64,000 nucleotides of DNA from contig NC_058368.1 of assembly GCF_018350175.1 (NCBI RefSeq), positions 116,004,001 through 116,068,000 on the forward strand. Reading direction: 5' to 3'. The notes below the pieces were generated by a model. That model was not told where the DNA came from. It made no database searches and saw only the letters and a list, made by a program, of their open reading frames with translations. This DNA comes from Felis catus (Eukaryota). The position numbers were made by a program, and so were the translations under genes. Positions 1-12,685 of this stretch are shown here, one piece after another. Position 1 is the first letter of the stretch. Each line of letters begins with the position of its first letter.

Positions 1-230
1 TAGCTAATATTTACTGAACACCTAATAAATACCAGGTGCTGGGGTAAGCGCATTACATGCATTATTTCATAATCCTCCTAACAACCCTGTGCAGTCAATA
101 TAATTATAATCCCCGTTTTATGGATGAGAAAAAAAATGATGCTCAGTGACTTATCCAAGGCCACTCAGCTACTAACTGGCAGAGCTAGAACTTGAACCTA
201 GGCAGTTTACTTCTGGGGCCCATGGTCCTA
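1..230 (-). mobile_element. MIR SINE fragment
   Basis: Reverse-complement MIR core (aatcctcctaacaaccctgtg...gttttatggatgag...gacttatccaaggccactcagct). Confidence 0.75.
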
Positions 231-1146
231 ACTAGCTCCCTCCACCAGCACTGAAGAGAAAAGGTTAAGTGCAACATTGTGTGGTAGCTATGACCTCACA
301 TTTTCTTTCAAAGAAGGACAATTTAGTTGAATGAGGAGAATTCACATGCATTAAGCAATTGGAAAACACGCTTACAAAACACAATAGCAACAATCATTCA
401 TTACCACACGGTAGAATAGCATCTAAGGAGGTGGGGCGAGGGGGAGGTCCTAATCAACATGTAAGGGAAAAACTCAAGTAGACAGACTACTCCAAGATTC
501 CTGAAACTTGCTCCTAAAGTACAGTTCTATAGACATGGCTTTATAAGGACACAACAGATTCACGTCTCCCTGGGATGTATCCTGAGTCAGAGGAATAGCT
601 GAGAGTGCCCTTCAAAATTTAAATCCTCTCTCCTCTCTTCTGTTACATAGAGTTGAATGTACTTAATTTTAAAATACTTATGACGTTACCCCAGTGTAAC
701 ACAAACCTGGAACAGAACATAAATGCTAAGATGACCCAACGTAAAGAACATTAGTAAATTCTTTTTTATAAACACAGCACAGGAGTTCAGTACCTCGGGG
801 GCACTTCAGCATGTCTCTGTCATGGCATATTCACAATGTCCATTTTTCCTCAGCCACCTTAGCCTACCCTGTGCATGGACACGAATCAGGCCGTCACAAG
901 CAGAGGAACTTACTCTCTCTTCTAGCTGTCTAAAATCAGTACAGGAATTGAGGGGCTTTTGGAGACAACAGGTGACAGAACTAGGCTGGGATCAAGAAAC
1001 TTAGGAACCACTGCCTGGAAAAGAAAGGTAAAGCCACGAGAGGACAGGAAAGGACAATTAAGAATGTTCTGCTAGAGAACTGAATTCAGAGAAAGAAGGC
1101 AAAAAGTATAGGATGAGAAAAGCTCTCCGCAAAAACCAGTACCCCC

Positions 1147-1330
1147 GGGGCACCTGGGTGGTTCAGTCGGTTGAGTGTCTGACTCTTGATTTTGGCTCAG
1201 GTCATGATCCCAGGATCATAGGATTGATCCCCGCGTCTGACTCTGCACTGGTCTCCCTCTCTCTCTGCTCCTCCCCGGGCTCAGTCTCTCCCTCTTTCAA
1301 GAATAAACTTTTTAAGAGATTATAAAAAAC
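1147..1330 (+). mobile_element. CAN-SINE (tRNA-Lys-derived)
   Basis: ggggcacctgggtggttcagtcggttgag head, CT-rich body, A-rich tail, imperfect TSD (cagtacc). Confidence 0.9.
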
Positions 1331-1787
1331 AAGACAGTACCTCCTGCATATGTCTAGTTCCCGTATTAAGCCAAGTTCAGAAGGGAGCCTGTTCACAAAC
1401 AGAATCATTGTAAGGCTGAAAAAGAAAATAGAAGAGGTTGAAACAGAGCCAGAGCGAGGGTAAGCTGAGTGACACACTCCCCTTGGACACCAAATTTAAG
1501 AGGTAACCCCCAAAACTCAGCAATCAAATAAATGATAGTTTAATGCAATAGTTTAAAAAGCAAATTGGCAAACTAAAGCTGGCCACCAGCTTTGCAAATA
1601 AAGTTTTACTGGAAGCAGGGTCAGGTTCAGGGTGAAGTGACTGAAGCGGGGTAGAATTCTACAAGGCAGAATTCTGTCTTGACTTAAAATGTTGACGTTT
1701 TATTCATCGTGGACTTTTTTTTTTTCTTTACTAATTGTCAAGTTTTAAAAAACATTCACTTAAAACATTTATTTTTGGCTCCCCTTA

Positions 1788-1992
1788 ATTTTTAAAAAAA
1801 TGTTTATTGTTGAGAGAGGGAGAGCACACATGCACAAGTGAGCGTGACAAAGGAGGGGCAGAGAGAGGGAGAAAGGGAATCCCAAGCCAATAGCGCAGAG
1901 CCAGACATGGGGCTCGAACCGACGAACCATGAGATCCTAACCTGAACCAAAATCAAGAGTCGGACACTTAACTGACTAAGCCTCCCAGGCCC
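1788..1992 (-). mobile_element. CAN-SINE
   Basis: T-rich tail, (GA)-rich body, gggctcgaacc...ctgactaagcctcccaggc head in reverse. Confidence 0.85.
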
Positions 1993-3107
1993 TCTAAGTT
2001 CCCCTCAGATTTTGCGCTTCACTCACCACACCCTAGTCCTGCCTGGGTTGCAGAAGAGAGAGAGGAGCCGGAAGAGAGAGTGGTTTAAGAGTTCATGCAG
2101 GGATTTGAGGTCAAGACCTAAAGCAGAAAAGTGGGAGACTCCATTTTATCCTGCTGTGTGCGTTCTGTGCCCTGGGCGCCCTCATGCCAGTGAAGGCTGG
2201 TCTTTCATTGAGCTCCTTCCCTTGACTTGGCAGCTGCACTCACTTTTATATGCAGGTTCTGGAATGCTGGGAGCTGTATGGCAGCCAACATCTCTACTCT
2301 CCCTTCTCAAACATGACGTTCTCTGTAATTCAGTTACAGACACCTCTTTCCTTAGCCTTCTCACCCAGGGAGCCTGATCAAGGAATCTAAGAACTAAGCC
2401 TCATTTGCCTTCTCTGGGTATGCAAGTGAATTTGCATATATCTTGTGTCCATTTGCATTCCTCTCACATGGGGCATTTAGAATAAAAACAACATTCATGA
2501 ATCAAAATGAAGCTTGTTCCATTCTTTCTCTGTCAAAGTATGGCGTAAGTAAAAGGATACCACAGTGTGAGAAGGAGCTGAAATTATATTTGCCAGGGTT
2601 ACGTGTAGTTTTAAAAGCAATCCAATTTGGTGGCATTTACCACCACAAAATTGGCATTTAATATTTATGGGCTTAGCCTTGGAGAAATCAGTCATGACTG
2701 AAATAGCCACCCCCTTCCGCTTCCATTCTTGTAGAAATTTGGGCCAAGAGCCCCTAGAAGCTGAAACTCCTTTTCCTTCGGCAAGACACCAGTTAGAGGT
2801 GGGAAGCCTCGTGGTTGCACTTAGCTGATTTCTCCATTTGAGATAAAGTGGATGAAGAACTGATTACAAAGGAGAAAAAGAAGGACTGTTGCTTCTTATC
2901 CTCCCTCAGCCCCTTTGGAAGCTGAAAGAACTCAAGAAACGAAAAGAGCAGTCTGGTATGAACATTGCACGGAATTTCATCTAAAGAAACAAACCAGTGG
3001 ACTAGAGACTACTAGTGCAAAACAAGATGGAGCTCAAAATGATGAAAAGTGGTATCACAAATAATAAGGGCAAGCTCATTATAGAGTTGTTTAAAAAAGT
3101 AGAGCGG

Positions 3108-3365
3108 GGGGGCGCCTGGGTGGCTCAGTCGGTTAAGCAGCTGACTGGCTCAGGTCATGATCTCGCGGTCCGTGAGTTCGAGCCCCGCGTCGGGCTCTGT
3201 GCTGACGGCTCAGAGTCTGGAGCCTGTTTCAGATTCTGTGTCTCCCTCTCTCTGACCCTCCCCCGTTCATGCTCTGTCTCTCTCTGTCTCAAAAATAAAT
3301 AAACCCTAAAAAAAAAAATTAAAAAAAAAGAAAAAAGAAAACAAACAACAAACAAACAAAATAAA
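3108..3365 (+). mobile_element. CAN-SINE, felid-type, young
   Basis: ggggcgcctgggtggctcagtcggttaag head with CpGs intact; TSD taaaaaagtagag on both sides. Confidence 0.95.
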
Positions 3366-3726
3366 TAAAAAAGTAGAGTGGATAAGTAAGAGTACATCAA
3401 CATGCCTCCAGCACTAAGAGACCCAGAGGGTGTGAGCCTTGCAATCTGTGTGACAGGTAGAGAGTTAAGAGAAGTATGACTCAATCCTTCACAGCTTGAA
3501 AAAAAAAAAAAACCCTTAGTTCATTTAACCTTATTTTAAAATATCCAGTTCTTGAGGCAACTTTCTGGTTATTGGGTAATTTGTAACCAAGAAAAAGGGT
3601 GTTCTGGACAACGAATTTCTATTTCTGAACAGATATATTTCTGTATAGTTTAATGCCATGGCACTCTGGTTTACAATTCAGGGTTTTGTAAATTTGGTTA
3701 GTAGGAATTGATGCTCAATTCAACTA

Positions 3727-3940
3727 TTTTTTGTTTGTTTTGTTGTTGTTTGTTTTTGAGAGAGAGAGAGCATGCACATGGGCAGGGGAGGGGCAGAGAG
3801 AGAGGGAGAGAAAGAGAATCCCAAGTGGGCTCCATGCCCAACATGAGCCCCATCAGGGACTTGGTCTCACTACATGAGATCATGACCTGAGCCAAAGTCA
3901 AGAGTTAGGTGCTTAACCGACTGAACCACCCAGGTGCCCC
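3727..3940 (-). mobile_element. CAN-SINE
   Basis: Reverse SINE with TSD caattcaact. Confidence 0.9.
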
Positions 3941-4030
3941 CAATTCAACTCTTGTTTGAATTGATCAAATCAAGCTTCTGACCAACCTGTCACCAAGCCT
4001 TATAATTCCTTCCTGTAAAATGTCATATTC

Positions 4031-4221
4031 AGGGTGTCTGGGTGGCTCAGTCAGTTAAGTGTCTGACTCTTGATTTCAGCTCAGGTCATGATCTCGCAGA
4101 TTGTGGGTTTGAGCCCCATGTTGGCCTCTGCACTGAGATTCTCTCTCTCTCTCTCTCTCTTAGGATTCTCTCTTGGGATTCTCTTTCTTTCTGTCTCTCA
4201 AAATAAATAAACTTAAAAAAA
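4031..4221 (+). mobile_element. CAN-SINE
   Basis: gggtgtctgggtggctcagtcagttaag head, (CT)n, aataaataaacttaaaaaa tail. Confidence 0.9.
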
Positions 4222-4239
4222 GAGTTTAGCTCTTATTAA

Positions 4240-4410
4240 ATGTAACGATCCTTATCTTTGGCCAATTTTGAATTAATTTTGCATATGGAGTGAGGTAGGG
4301 ATCCAATTTTGTTTTTTTGCATGTCAATATCCAGTTGTTCCTGCACCATTTGTGAAAAGACTCTTCTTTTCCCAATTGAATCATTTAGGAATGCTTGTTG
4401 AAAATCAAAG
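4240..4410 (-). mobile_element. Old L1 fragment
   Basis: ttttgaattaattttgcatatggagtgaggtagggatccaatttt...ccagttgttcctgcaccatttg is typical of reverse L1 ORF2 sequence. Confidence 0.7.
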
Positions 4411-4829
4411 TATTACTTTAAAATCAAAAAACAAAATCAAAGTAATAAAAAAAAGAAAATATGTTTCCTCTTTTCTTCTCTATTAGTTCTCTTACTTTTC
4501 ATTAGATTCTTATGCCCTCACACTCATATTGATGCAATGGCCTAATTATCTTGCCTATCATTGACAGAACAGAGTAATATCTCTTTATTACCACCATGTT
4601 ATTTACTTGCTCAAAAGTGGATCAAATTACTATTACTAAAGTATCAACTTGTGACTAGACCTCAGAACATAGTTACCCACTAAACTACAGTCATCTATAG
4701 CCTAAAATAATCAGCCAGATTGCCCACTGCTTCTACTGTAGATGGATTAGAAAGAAAACTGAGTTAAAATACAATCAAGAACAAAGGAGTAAGGAGAGAT
4801 ATTCTTTTTAGCAGGGAGTAAAAATATTA

Positions 4830-5056
4830 TTTTATTTTATTTTTTTAATTTTTTTAATGTTTATTTATTTTTGAGAGAGAGACAGACAGACTGTGAGCAG
4901 GGAAAGGGCAGAGAGAAAGGAAGATAGAATCTGAAGCAGGCTCCAGGCTCTGAGCTGTCAGCACAGAGCCTGATGCGGGGCTCGAAGTCACAAACCGTGA
5001 GACCGTGACCTGAGCTGAAGTCGGATGCTTAACCGACTGAGCCACCCAGGCGCCCC
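4830..5056 (-). mobile_element. CAN-SINE, felid-type
   Basis: Ends ccacccaggcgcccc; TSD taaaaatattatt. Confidence 0.95.
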
Positions 5057-5204
5057 TAAAAATATTATTTTAATCTCAAAATCAACTATCATTTATTCTT
5101 TCTACACATTAACTGGATGCCTACTATGTGTTCCAGGATTATAAGAAGGAATAAGATCCAGATGCTGTGCTCTAATTGTTCACAGTTTAGAAAAGAAGAC
5201 AATT

Positions 5205-5432
5205 GGGGCGCCTGGGTGGCTCAGTCGGTTAGGCGGCCAACTTCAGCTCAGGTCATGATCTCGCGGTCCGTGAGTTCGAGCCCCGCGTCGGGCTCTGGGC
5301 TGATGGCTCAGAGCCTGGAGCCTGTTTCGGATTCTGTGTCTCCCTCTCTCTCTGATCCTCCCCCATTCATGCTCTGTCTCTCTCTGTCTCAAAAATAAAA
5401 TAAATGTTAAAAAAAAAATTAAAAAAAAAAGA
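5205..5432 (+). mobile_element. CAN-SINE, felid-type, young
   Basis: Canonical head and tail; TSD aagaagacaatt. Confidence 0.95.
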
Positions 5433-5603
5433 CAAGAAGACAATTATTTTAAAAGATAAACTATAATCCAACGTTGTAAGTGCAATAATAAAAATGTGAA
5501 TAAAGCATGGTGGGAACACCAGAGTGCAGCAAGTTTAATTATAGGAAGATTCTTTTTTTCCTTAATAGATCTGTTAAATTGCCACTGCAATTATCTGGAA
5601 CTA

Positions 5604-5818
5604 TGTTTTTTAATGTTTATTTATTTATTTTGAGAGAGAAAGAATGAGAGTGAGAGAGCAGGGGAGGGGCAGAGAGAGAGGGAGAGAGAGAGAATCCCCA
5701 GCAGGCTCTATGCTGTCAGCAGGGAGCCCTCCAGGGGGCTTGATCCCAGGACCATGAAATCAACACCTGAGCTGAAATCAAGAGTCGGATGCTCAGCTGA
5801 CTGTGCCACCTATATACC
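5604..5818 (-). mobile_element. CAN-SINE
   Basis: tttttaatgtttatttatttattttgagagag tail and reverse body. Confidence 0.85.
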
Positions 5819-6345
5819 TCTGCCTTTCTTCTTATCTAATAGTATAGTTATCTAGAATAGAATGATAAACCTGAAGGAAAAAACTGAACAGCCAAAAAAA
5901 GATGTCAGAACTTTTTAATGTCTTTCATTTTGCCATAAGGGATACCCTCAGGCTCAAGGCCTATTGACTTTTGTCTTAGGCAATTTTAACAAGCGTGTTA
6001 AGTTTTTAAAACCCATGGGAGACAATAAGGAACAAATAAACATGCTAATTTCTGAGAGAAGAGTTGAGAAGGAACAGCAAAAATGAAAATGCTGCCATAA
6101 TAACAAAATGCACAGCAAGTCTGCAACACACCTGCTGCAACAGCCAATGAGGGTAGCACTGTGCCAGCACGTGGAACTGAAATTCCCAATCATTATTCCT
6201 AATCAATAATTAACAGTTAATTTATCATCAAAACACTCTGTTTAAGAGATGGTCAAGCCTCAGACCAGAGGTCCCTGTCCCAGAAACTTCATCCTAAAGA
6301 AAGATTGTAATGAAGGGAGACCTAAGGTCCTAGAAGGACTATTTC

Positions 6346-6595
6346 CTTTTTAAATTTTTAAAAGAAATTTCCAGTATAATTAACATACAGTGTTGTATTA
6401 ACTTCAGGTGTACAACATAGTGATCCAACCATTCTATACATTACTCAGCACTCATCACGACAAGTGCACTCCTTAATCCCCTTCACCTGTTTCACCCATC
6501 CCCCACCCATTTCTGCTCTGGTAACCATGTTTGTTCTCTCTCTCTATTTTTTAAAGCTTATTTATTTATTTTGAGAGAGAGGGAGAGTAGGGGAG

Positions 6596-6648
<53 letters not shown>

Positions 6649-6798
6649 CCCAAGCAGGCTCTGCACTGTTGGTGCAGAGCCCCACACGAGACTTGATCCC
6701 ATGAACCGTGAAATTATGACCTGAGCCAAAGTCAATAGTGATTTAACTGCCTAAGCCACCCAGGCACCCCCAGTTTGTTCTCTATATTTAAGAGTCTG
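6346..6798 (-). mobile_element. Carnivore L1 3' fragment with a nested CAN-SINE (~6546-6770)
   Basis: L1 3'-end sequence (ccagtataattaacatacagtg...). Outer TSD ctagaa(g/a)gactatttc at 6330-6345 and 6799-6814; inner SINE TSD gtttgttctct. Confidence 0.9.
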
Positions 6799-7119
6799 CT
6801 AGAAAGACTATTTCTAACCAAGCAAATAGGAAGGCCAGAATCTTCTGAGGGAGATAAACTTCAGAGAATTTTTCACTATCTCTGATGGACATGATCAGGA
6901 AATATGACTTAAGTTGAGAGGAACCTCAGCTTCAGAACAGTGCAGAAAAATATGGGCTGAAATAATCCTGGTTCTATAAATTAGGACAAACTCTTCTCTC
7001 TTCTGCTAACAAAATAAATCTAGGCTGCCTTGAGGGAAAAAAGAAATGTTCATTTGTTTCAACCCAAAGTAAGTATAAGAACAAAATCTGACAAAGCTGC
7101 CACAAGTTTTAAAAAGCTA

Positions 7120-7300
7120 CCGAGAAAATATTAACTAAAATTCTAGCAAATAAAATTCAGCAACATCTTTAAAAAATTAAACACCAGACTAAAGAAGACC
7201 ACGTCAGGAATGTAAGAATAGTTCAGCATGAGGGAATTTATTGTGATAACTAGGCATATTAACAAATTAAAAGAGAAAAAGTATATTATCATCATGTTGA
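7120..7300 (+). mobile_element. Old L1 ORF2 fragment
   Basis: Translates KILTKILANKIQQHL..., resembling the L1 ORF2 KILNKILANRIQQHIK motif. Confidence 0.75.
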
Positions 7301-7309
7301 GTGGTTTTT

Positions 7310-8070
7310 TGATTGATTCATTCAGCCAACAAAGTTTCATTATGCACTTACTGTGTACCACCACGTGCTATACTAGGTGCTAAAGATACGGCACAAATGG
7401 AAAAAGGCTTTGCCCACAACCGCTTACATTTTAGTCACGATAGATAAACAATAAATTGTTGGGCAAATAGATATATAATATCTGTAATTATATGCTATGA
7501 AACAAATAAAACAGGCTGAGGAAGACGATGATAAAAAGGATGCTATTTCATATAGGGTCACAAGGAAGGCCTCTCTGTTAAGATTAGTTTTGAGCAAGAC
7601 CTAAAGGAAGTGAGGGTGCTAGCCAAGAGGATATCTGGGGGAAGAGCATTCTGGGCGGAGAAAACAGCAAATGCAAAGACCATGAAATGCGAGAGCCTAG
7701 AATTTTCAGGGATGCCAATATGGCGGGCATAGAGCAAGCAAAATGGAGACTAGAAGAACACAAGTTTAGAGAGGCAGAGGGCAGAGAAGACAGATGATGT
7801 GTGGCCTGTAGGCTGGTTTTTATCCTGTTTGAGACCTGTGATTGAGACCACTAGAAGGTTTTGCATAGAAAAGTGACATGATCTGACATCCACTTGTAAA
7901 AAGATTTCTTCCGACTACTAGGATGAAAATTGGCTCTAGGGTTAAAGGTAGGAAAGCAGGTGAGCAGATAAGAAAGTGCTGCAATGGTCCAAGTAAGGAA
8001 CAATAGTAGCAAGTACCAGTATGGTAGTAAGTGGAGGTGGGGAGAAGTGGTTACATCTTGGATGTGTTGT
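7310..8070 (-). mobile_element. L2 LINE fragment
   Basis: attcattcagccaacaa... L2 3' end in reverse, followed by purine-rich L2 body (aaggaaggcctctct...gggggaagagcattctgggc). Confidence 0.75.
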
Positions 8071-8464
8071 GAATTCTATTACACTATGAGGCTGACTTTT
8101 TTTTTTTTTTAATTAGGGACCTCCGTGCATATACATTCTCCACGTCAGTTTGATTTTCCAGAGGAAGCCCTCCTATTTCCTACCTGGAGATAGGAACAGT
8201 CTGGCTGCGAGCTTTCTGGAACTGGGTAGAGAAAAAGAGCAGTGTCCTGTTTAGATACAGACTTTTATGTCTTCAAACCATACCCTTGTTTTCATACCCA
8301 GTTCTCAGAGCCTGGTAAGCCAAAGTCTGGAGCCTTTCTAATTCAGTTTTTCCAGAGAAGATGCCTTCCTTCTCCTGCCTGGGGAGGGAGAAGGAACCAT
8401 CTGACCACCCAGGGTGGGAATGGGGGGTGGGGGGTGAGAATCTAGGTTCTCTCTGAGCCTTATA

Positions 8465-8907
8465 TAAACATACCTCATTCTATTGCACTTTCCTTTATTG
8501 TGCTTCACAGATACTGCACTTCTTTTTTACAGATCAAAAGTTTGTGGCATCCCTGCATTTAGCTATCAGCACCAGTTTTCCAACAGCATTTACTCACTTC
8601 GTGTTTCTGTGTCACATTTTGGTAATTCTGACAATATTTCAAACTTTTTCATTATTATTATATTTAGTATGGTGGTCTGTAATCAATGGTTATGACTCAC
8701 TGAGTGCCCAGTGAAGGCGATGCTAACGCTGGTTAGCATTTTTTAGCAATCAAGTATTTTTAAATTAAAGTGTGTACGTTATTTTTTAGACATATTGCTA
8801 TTCCACACTTACAGTACAGTATAAGCATAACTTTTATATGCACTTGTTAAGAAAGCTTTATTGCAGCAGTCTGGAATGAAACCCACAATATCTCCTAGGT
8901 ACACCTG
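8465..8907 (+). mobile_element. Internally deleted Tigger1-type DNA transposon
   Basis: Left end catacctcattctattgcactt... and right end ...acccacaatatctcctaggtacacctg match the Tigger1 termini, which are inverted repeats. Confidence 0.85.
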
Positions 8908-9259
8908 CATATAGTCTTCACCCCTGCAATTCCTGTGGCTTTTTTAGGTTCTATGGGACAAATCTGTGCACTTATTACTGATGTCTTCTTCCTCTGCAAT
9001 ACCTAGGTTTTACCATTCTCTGACTTAAGTCATTTATCATTTCCCCATCCACTTTTAGCCTTCATCTACTCTACCTTGGGGTTAAAGATGTCTCTCAATG
9101 TCATTGAATATGGAGTTCACGTTTCTATTTCTTGTTATCCTCCTACAAATGCCTTTAAACATACTAAATATGCCTAATATCATTCACAATAGGAAACTAC
9201 AAATTAAAACTTCAGTAAGCTATCACTTCTTACCTATCACACTAGCAAACATCATTCAC

Positions 9260-10139
9260 AAGTTTCCTCACCACATAAGCCTTTCCATGAGTGGGTTGTC
9301 TAAATGTCCTCAAGACCTGGTAGCTGGCTTCCTCCAGAACAAGTGATAGAAGAGACAGAAAGTCCAAGATAGAGATTGCAGTCTTTTTTTGAAACAGCTT
9401 TATTGAGATATAATTCATATATCATACAATTGACCCATTCAAAGTATACAATTCAATGACTTTTGTATGTTTACAGAGTTTTGCAGTTATTATCACATCA
9501 ATGTTAAAACATGTTTTATCACTTCCAAAAGAAACTGTGAACTGAGCTATCACACCACGTGCTCCCCCACCCCCACCCCCACCCCCACCCATGCAGCTCT
9601 AGGCAGCTACGAGTCTATTTTCTGTCTCTAAAGATTTGCCTATTCTGGACATCACATATAAATAGAATCATACAATATCTGGTCTTTTGTGACCAACTTC
9701 CTTCAATTAGCATGTTTTTAAGTTTCAACCATGTGGTAGGTAGCCTCTGTATTTCATTTCTTTTTATTAGGTACTCTCTCTTTTTCCCACTATCTTTCAG
9801 TGAAATTCCTACTTGTTTCTATTTACATATACAGAGTTTTTTGTCTCTTACTTTTCTAGTGCCCAGAAAGACCTGGGCCTTTTTGGCTCAGGATCTAGGT
9901 TGGCACTTCCTGGCCACAGAAAAAGTGCCTTAAAGAACTAGCTGAGGTTCTCATTTGGACTGTGGTCCCTGCGTCCTTCCAGTCTTTTATACCCTAATCT
10001 TACAAGTGATGCACACTACATATGCCACATTCTGTTGGTTATCAGATCAATCCACGCACAACCCGGCAGAGGAATACACAAGGGTGTGAAGACCAGAAGT
10101 CAGGAATGGCCGAGGGCCATTTGGGGGCTGCCTACCACG
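9260..10139 (-). mobile_element. MLT1-type (ERVL-MaLR) solo LTR interrupted by an L1M 3' fragment (~9385-9770)
   Basis: Terminus ggctgcctaccacg is the reverse of the TGTGGTAGGC-like MLT1 start. The internal acagctttattgagatataattca is an L1M 3' end. Confidence 0.7.
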
Positions 10140-11589
10140 GTAAGGATGTTCCTTGCCATCCTTGTAAGGAGTAAAGACTTAAACTCTAGATATGCCGCAT
10201 CTTACACATCACTGCTTACAAAAGAACGAAAGCAAACAACAAAAAGCTCATATACACTGCATAACACAAAGAAAAAGCCCTCACTTCAAGGGAGGTTTGG
10301 TAGGAGTCGGTCTTATTTCAGCAGCACCTGATGTCCCTGGGTCAATATAGAAAGTGAGTATCTGGCATTATGGGAATGAGGAAATGAGGCTTAACACTTG
10401 GCTTTAAAAGAGAACATTGAAAGAAACCAACGGCTGATAGCAACTTGACCATATACCATGTTAGCTATATAAATAAAGTTGAAAAACACTCACCTGGCAT
10501 AAATGTATTCATCCTGATGAATGATTATTTCCAATTATAGCTACTGTACCATAGAAAAGAAAGTAACTGCAGCTTTCTTATGGTTTGGTCATGAATATTC
10601 ACTCCGTCATTTTGTTAGTCAACAAATGTTCATAGTACAGCAGGGACTTTTGCACTCAGTTAATATTGTGAGTTCCCTTATGGGATACGACACTATATTT
10701 AACAACATAATAAAGAAACATAAGACGCATAAAACAAATACACGGTCCCTTCCTTCAAAAATCCTTCATTCAAAGACAAGAAAAAAATAGACAAATGACA
10801 AACTGGTATTTGTTTTTAAAGACAATAAACCCTATAAAAGTTCTTCTTTAAAATATACATGTATTGCCATTTGTCTTGAATTCCGTTTGTTCATCTCCGT
10901 GTGTTTTTAGTTATTGACGAAAACTGTTTATATACAAGATGGCTTTTTCAATTAAAAAAACCACACACACACACATTTTAGGGCACAGTGAAGCAGCACC
11001 AGCTGTCTAGACCTCTTTTCCTGGCTAATGTGTGTGGGTCAGTTCAGTGGGTAACAGTGGTTAGATGATCATTTGGAGTTTTAAAACGTCTTTGAGAGAT
11101 TAATTTGTGTTGCATCATGTAAATGTAACCGTATCAAAAGTAGGTAAGTTGGATCTCTTTGGTACAATTAAAATACAAAGTAATACACATAGATATCTTT
11201 ACTAAACTTGATTGAGAGGAAATATTCCAGATCGACAGACTGAAAAATAGTTTTATTTAAAATAGTTGCACAGATAGGTGTAAACTCAAGATCAGACTAA
11301 TCTATGATGGACCAATATGAAAGAATGTAATTTCCATTTCTGCATAGCATTAACAAGAAATTTTAGTTCGTATATGCAAGATCAACTTAAAAGCAACATG
11401 CAAACTACCCAGCTTCCATCCTATCTCAGTTTTAACACTCTTAGCAGAAACTATCACACAAATAAATGCTTTCTTTCAAAGGAACTCCCAGCCACAGTAA
11501 TGAGGCTGCAAGTTCTTAATGTAGAAAGGAAGAGGAAGTTTAAAAAACTTCAAGTAACAATGACTTCTTCCAACCTATAAAAAGCAGAA

Positions 11590-12510
11590 AGGTACCATTT
11601 TACCCCCACTAGACTGGCCAAAATTACATGTAACAATACCAAATATTGGGAGTACATAGAATGCTTATAAACTGTGAGAACATTGAAAAGTCTTTGGCAT
11701 TAATTATATCACAAAGTTGAATATCTGTATACTCTCCAACCCAAAATCTTACTCCTAGGTATACAGCCAAGAGAAACACTTTGCGTGTGTGACCAAGAGG
11801 CATACACAAAAATTTTTATAGCAACGATTTTGTAATTTTTTGAAAGGCTAGAAAAGACTCAAATATTTATCAGCAGGAGAACAAATTGAGATATATTCAT
11901 ACAATAGAATGTTATATGGTACTGAAACTCAACAATCATTATATACAACAATTTGAATGAATTTTGGCAACATAGTGTTGAGTAAAAAGGGCAAATCCCA
12001 GAAAACTATATATTGGACGACAGCATTTTTTCTAAAGCTCAAAAACATACAAGTCAAACAACATATTGTTTTACCATAGATGCATTTGTCGTAAAACTAA
12101 TCTTTTAGGGGTGCCTGGGTGGCTCTATCGGTTAAGCATCAGACTTCGGCTCGGGTCATGATCTCATAGTTCGTGAGTTCGAGCCCCACATTGGGCTCTG
12201 CAGAACCTCCTTGGGATTCTCTCTCCCTCTTTCTCTGTCTCAAAATAAATAGACTTAAAAAAAAAACCTAACTTTTTAATATAAGACTAAATTTTAAAAA
12301 GAAAGCAGCAATTGAAAGATAAGCATAAAGTTCAGGATACTGGGTATGCCTGAGGACAGGAGAAGAGATAGAGTAGGAGCCCAGGCAGAGTGGATGCAAG
12401 TTACTGGGAAAAGTTCTAGTTCTTGGACTGGGTAGTTCATGATATTATCAAGCTTATAGCTAATACATGTGTTACATAGGTCTTTTGTATGTATTAAAAA
12501 GAAAAACGTT
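11590..12510 (+). mobile_element. Old L1 (L1ME-like) 3' region with an inserted CAN-SINE at ~12107-12267
   Basis: ccattttacccccactagactggc...ttactcctaggtatacagccaagagaa L1 3' signature; the SINE head ggggtgcctgggtggct lies inside it. Confidence 0.75.
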
Positions 12511-12562
12511 AAAAGATTGATCTAGCTCATCCTCACTCCAACTGAGAGAGAGAGGGATGATG

Positions 12563-12685
12563 CTTTTTTTTTTTTTAAGATTTAAAAACATTTTTTAAAG
12601 TAATCTCTACATCTAATGTGGGGTTGAACTCACAACCCAGGATCAGGAGTCACATGCTCCACTGACTGAGCCAGTCAGTGCCCTG
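12563..12685 (-). mobile_element. Short old CAN-SINE
   Basis: taatctctacatctaatgtggggttgaactcacaaccc...ctgactgagccagtcagtgccc. Confidence 0.8.

Noticed and set aside
1113..5443. ORFs containing GAWVAQSV or RQRETEHE-type peptides
   Set aside because: Translations of CAN-SINE copies.
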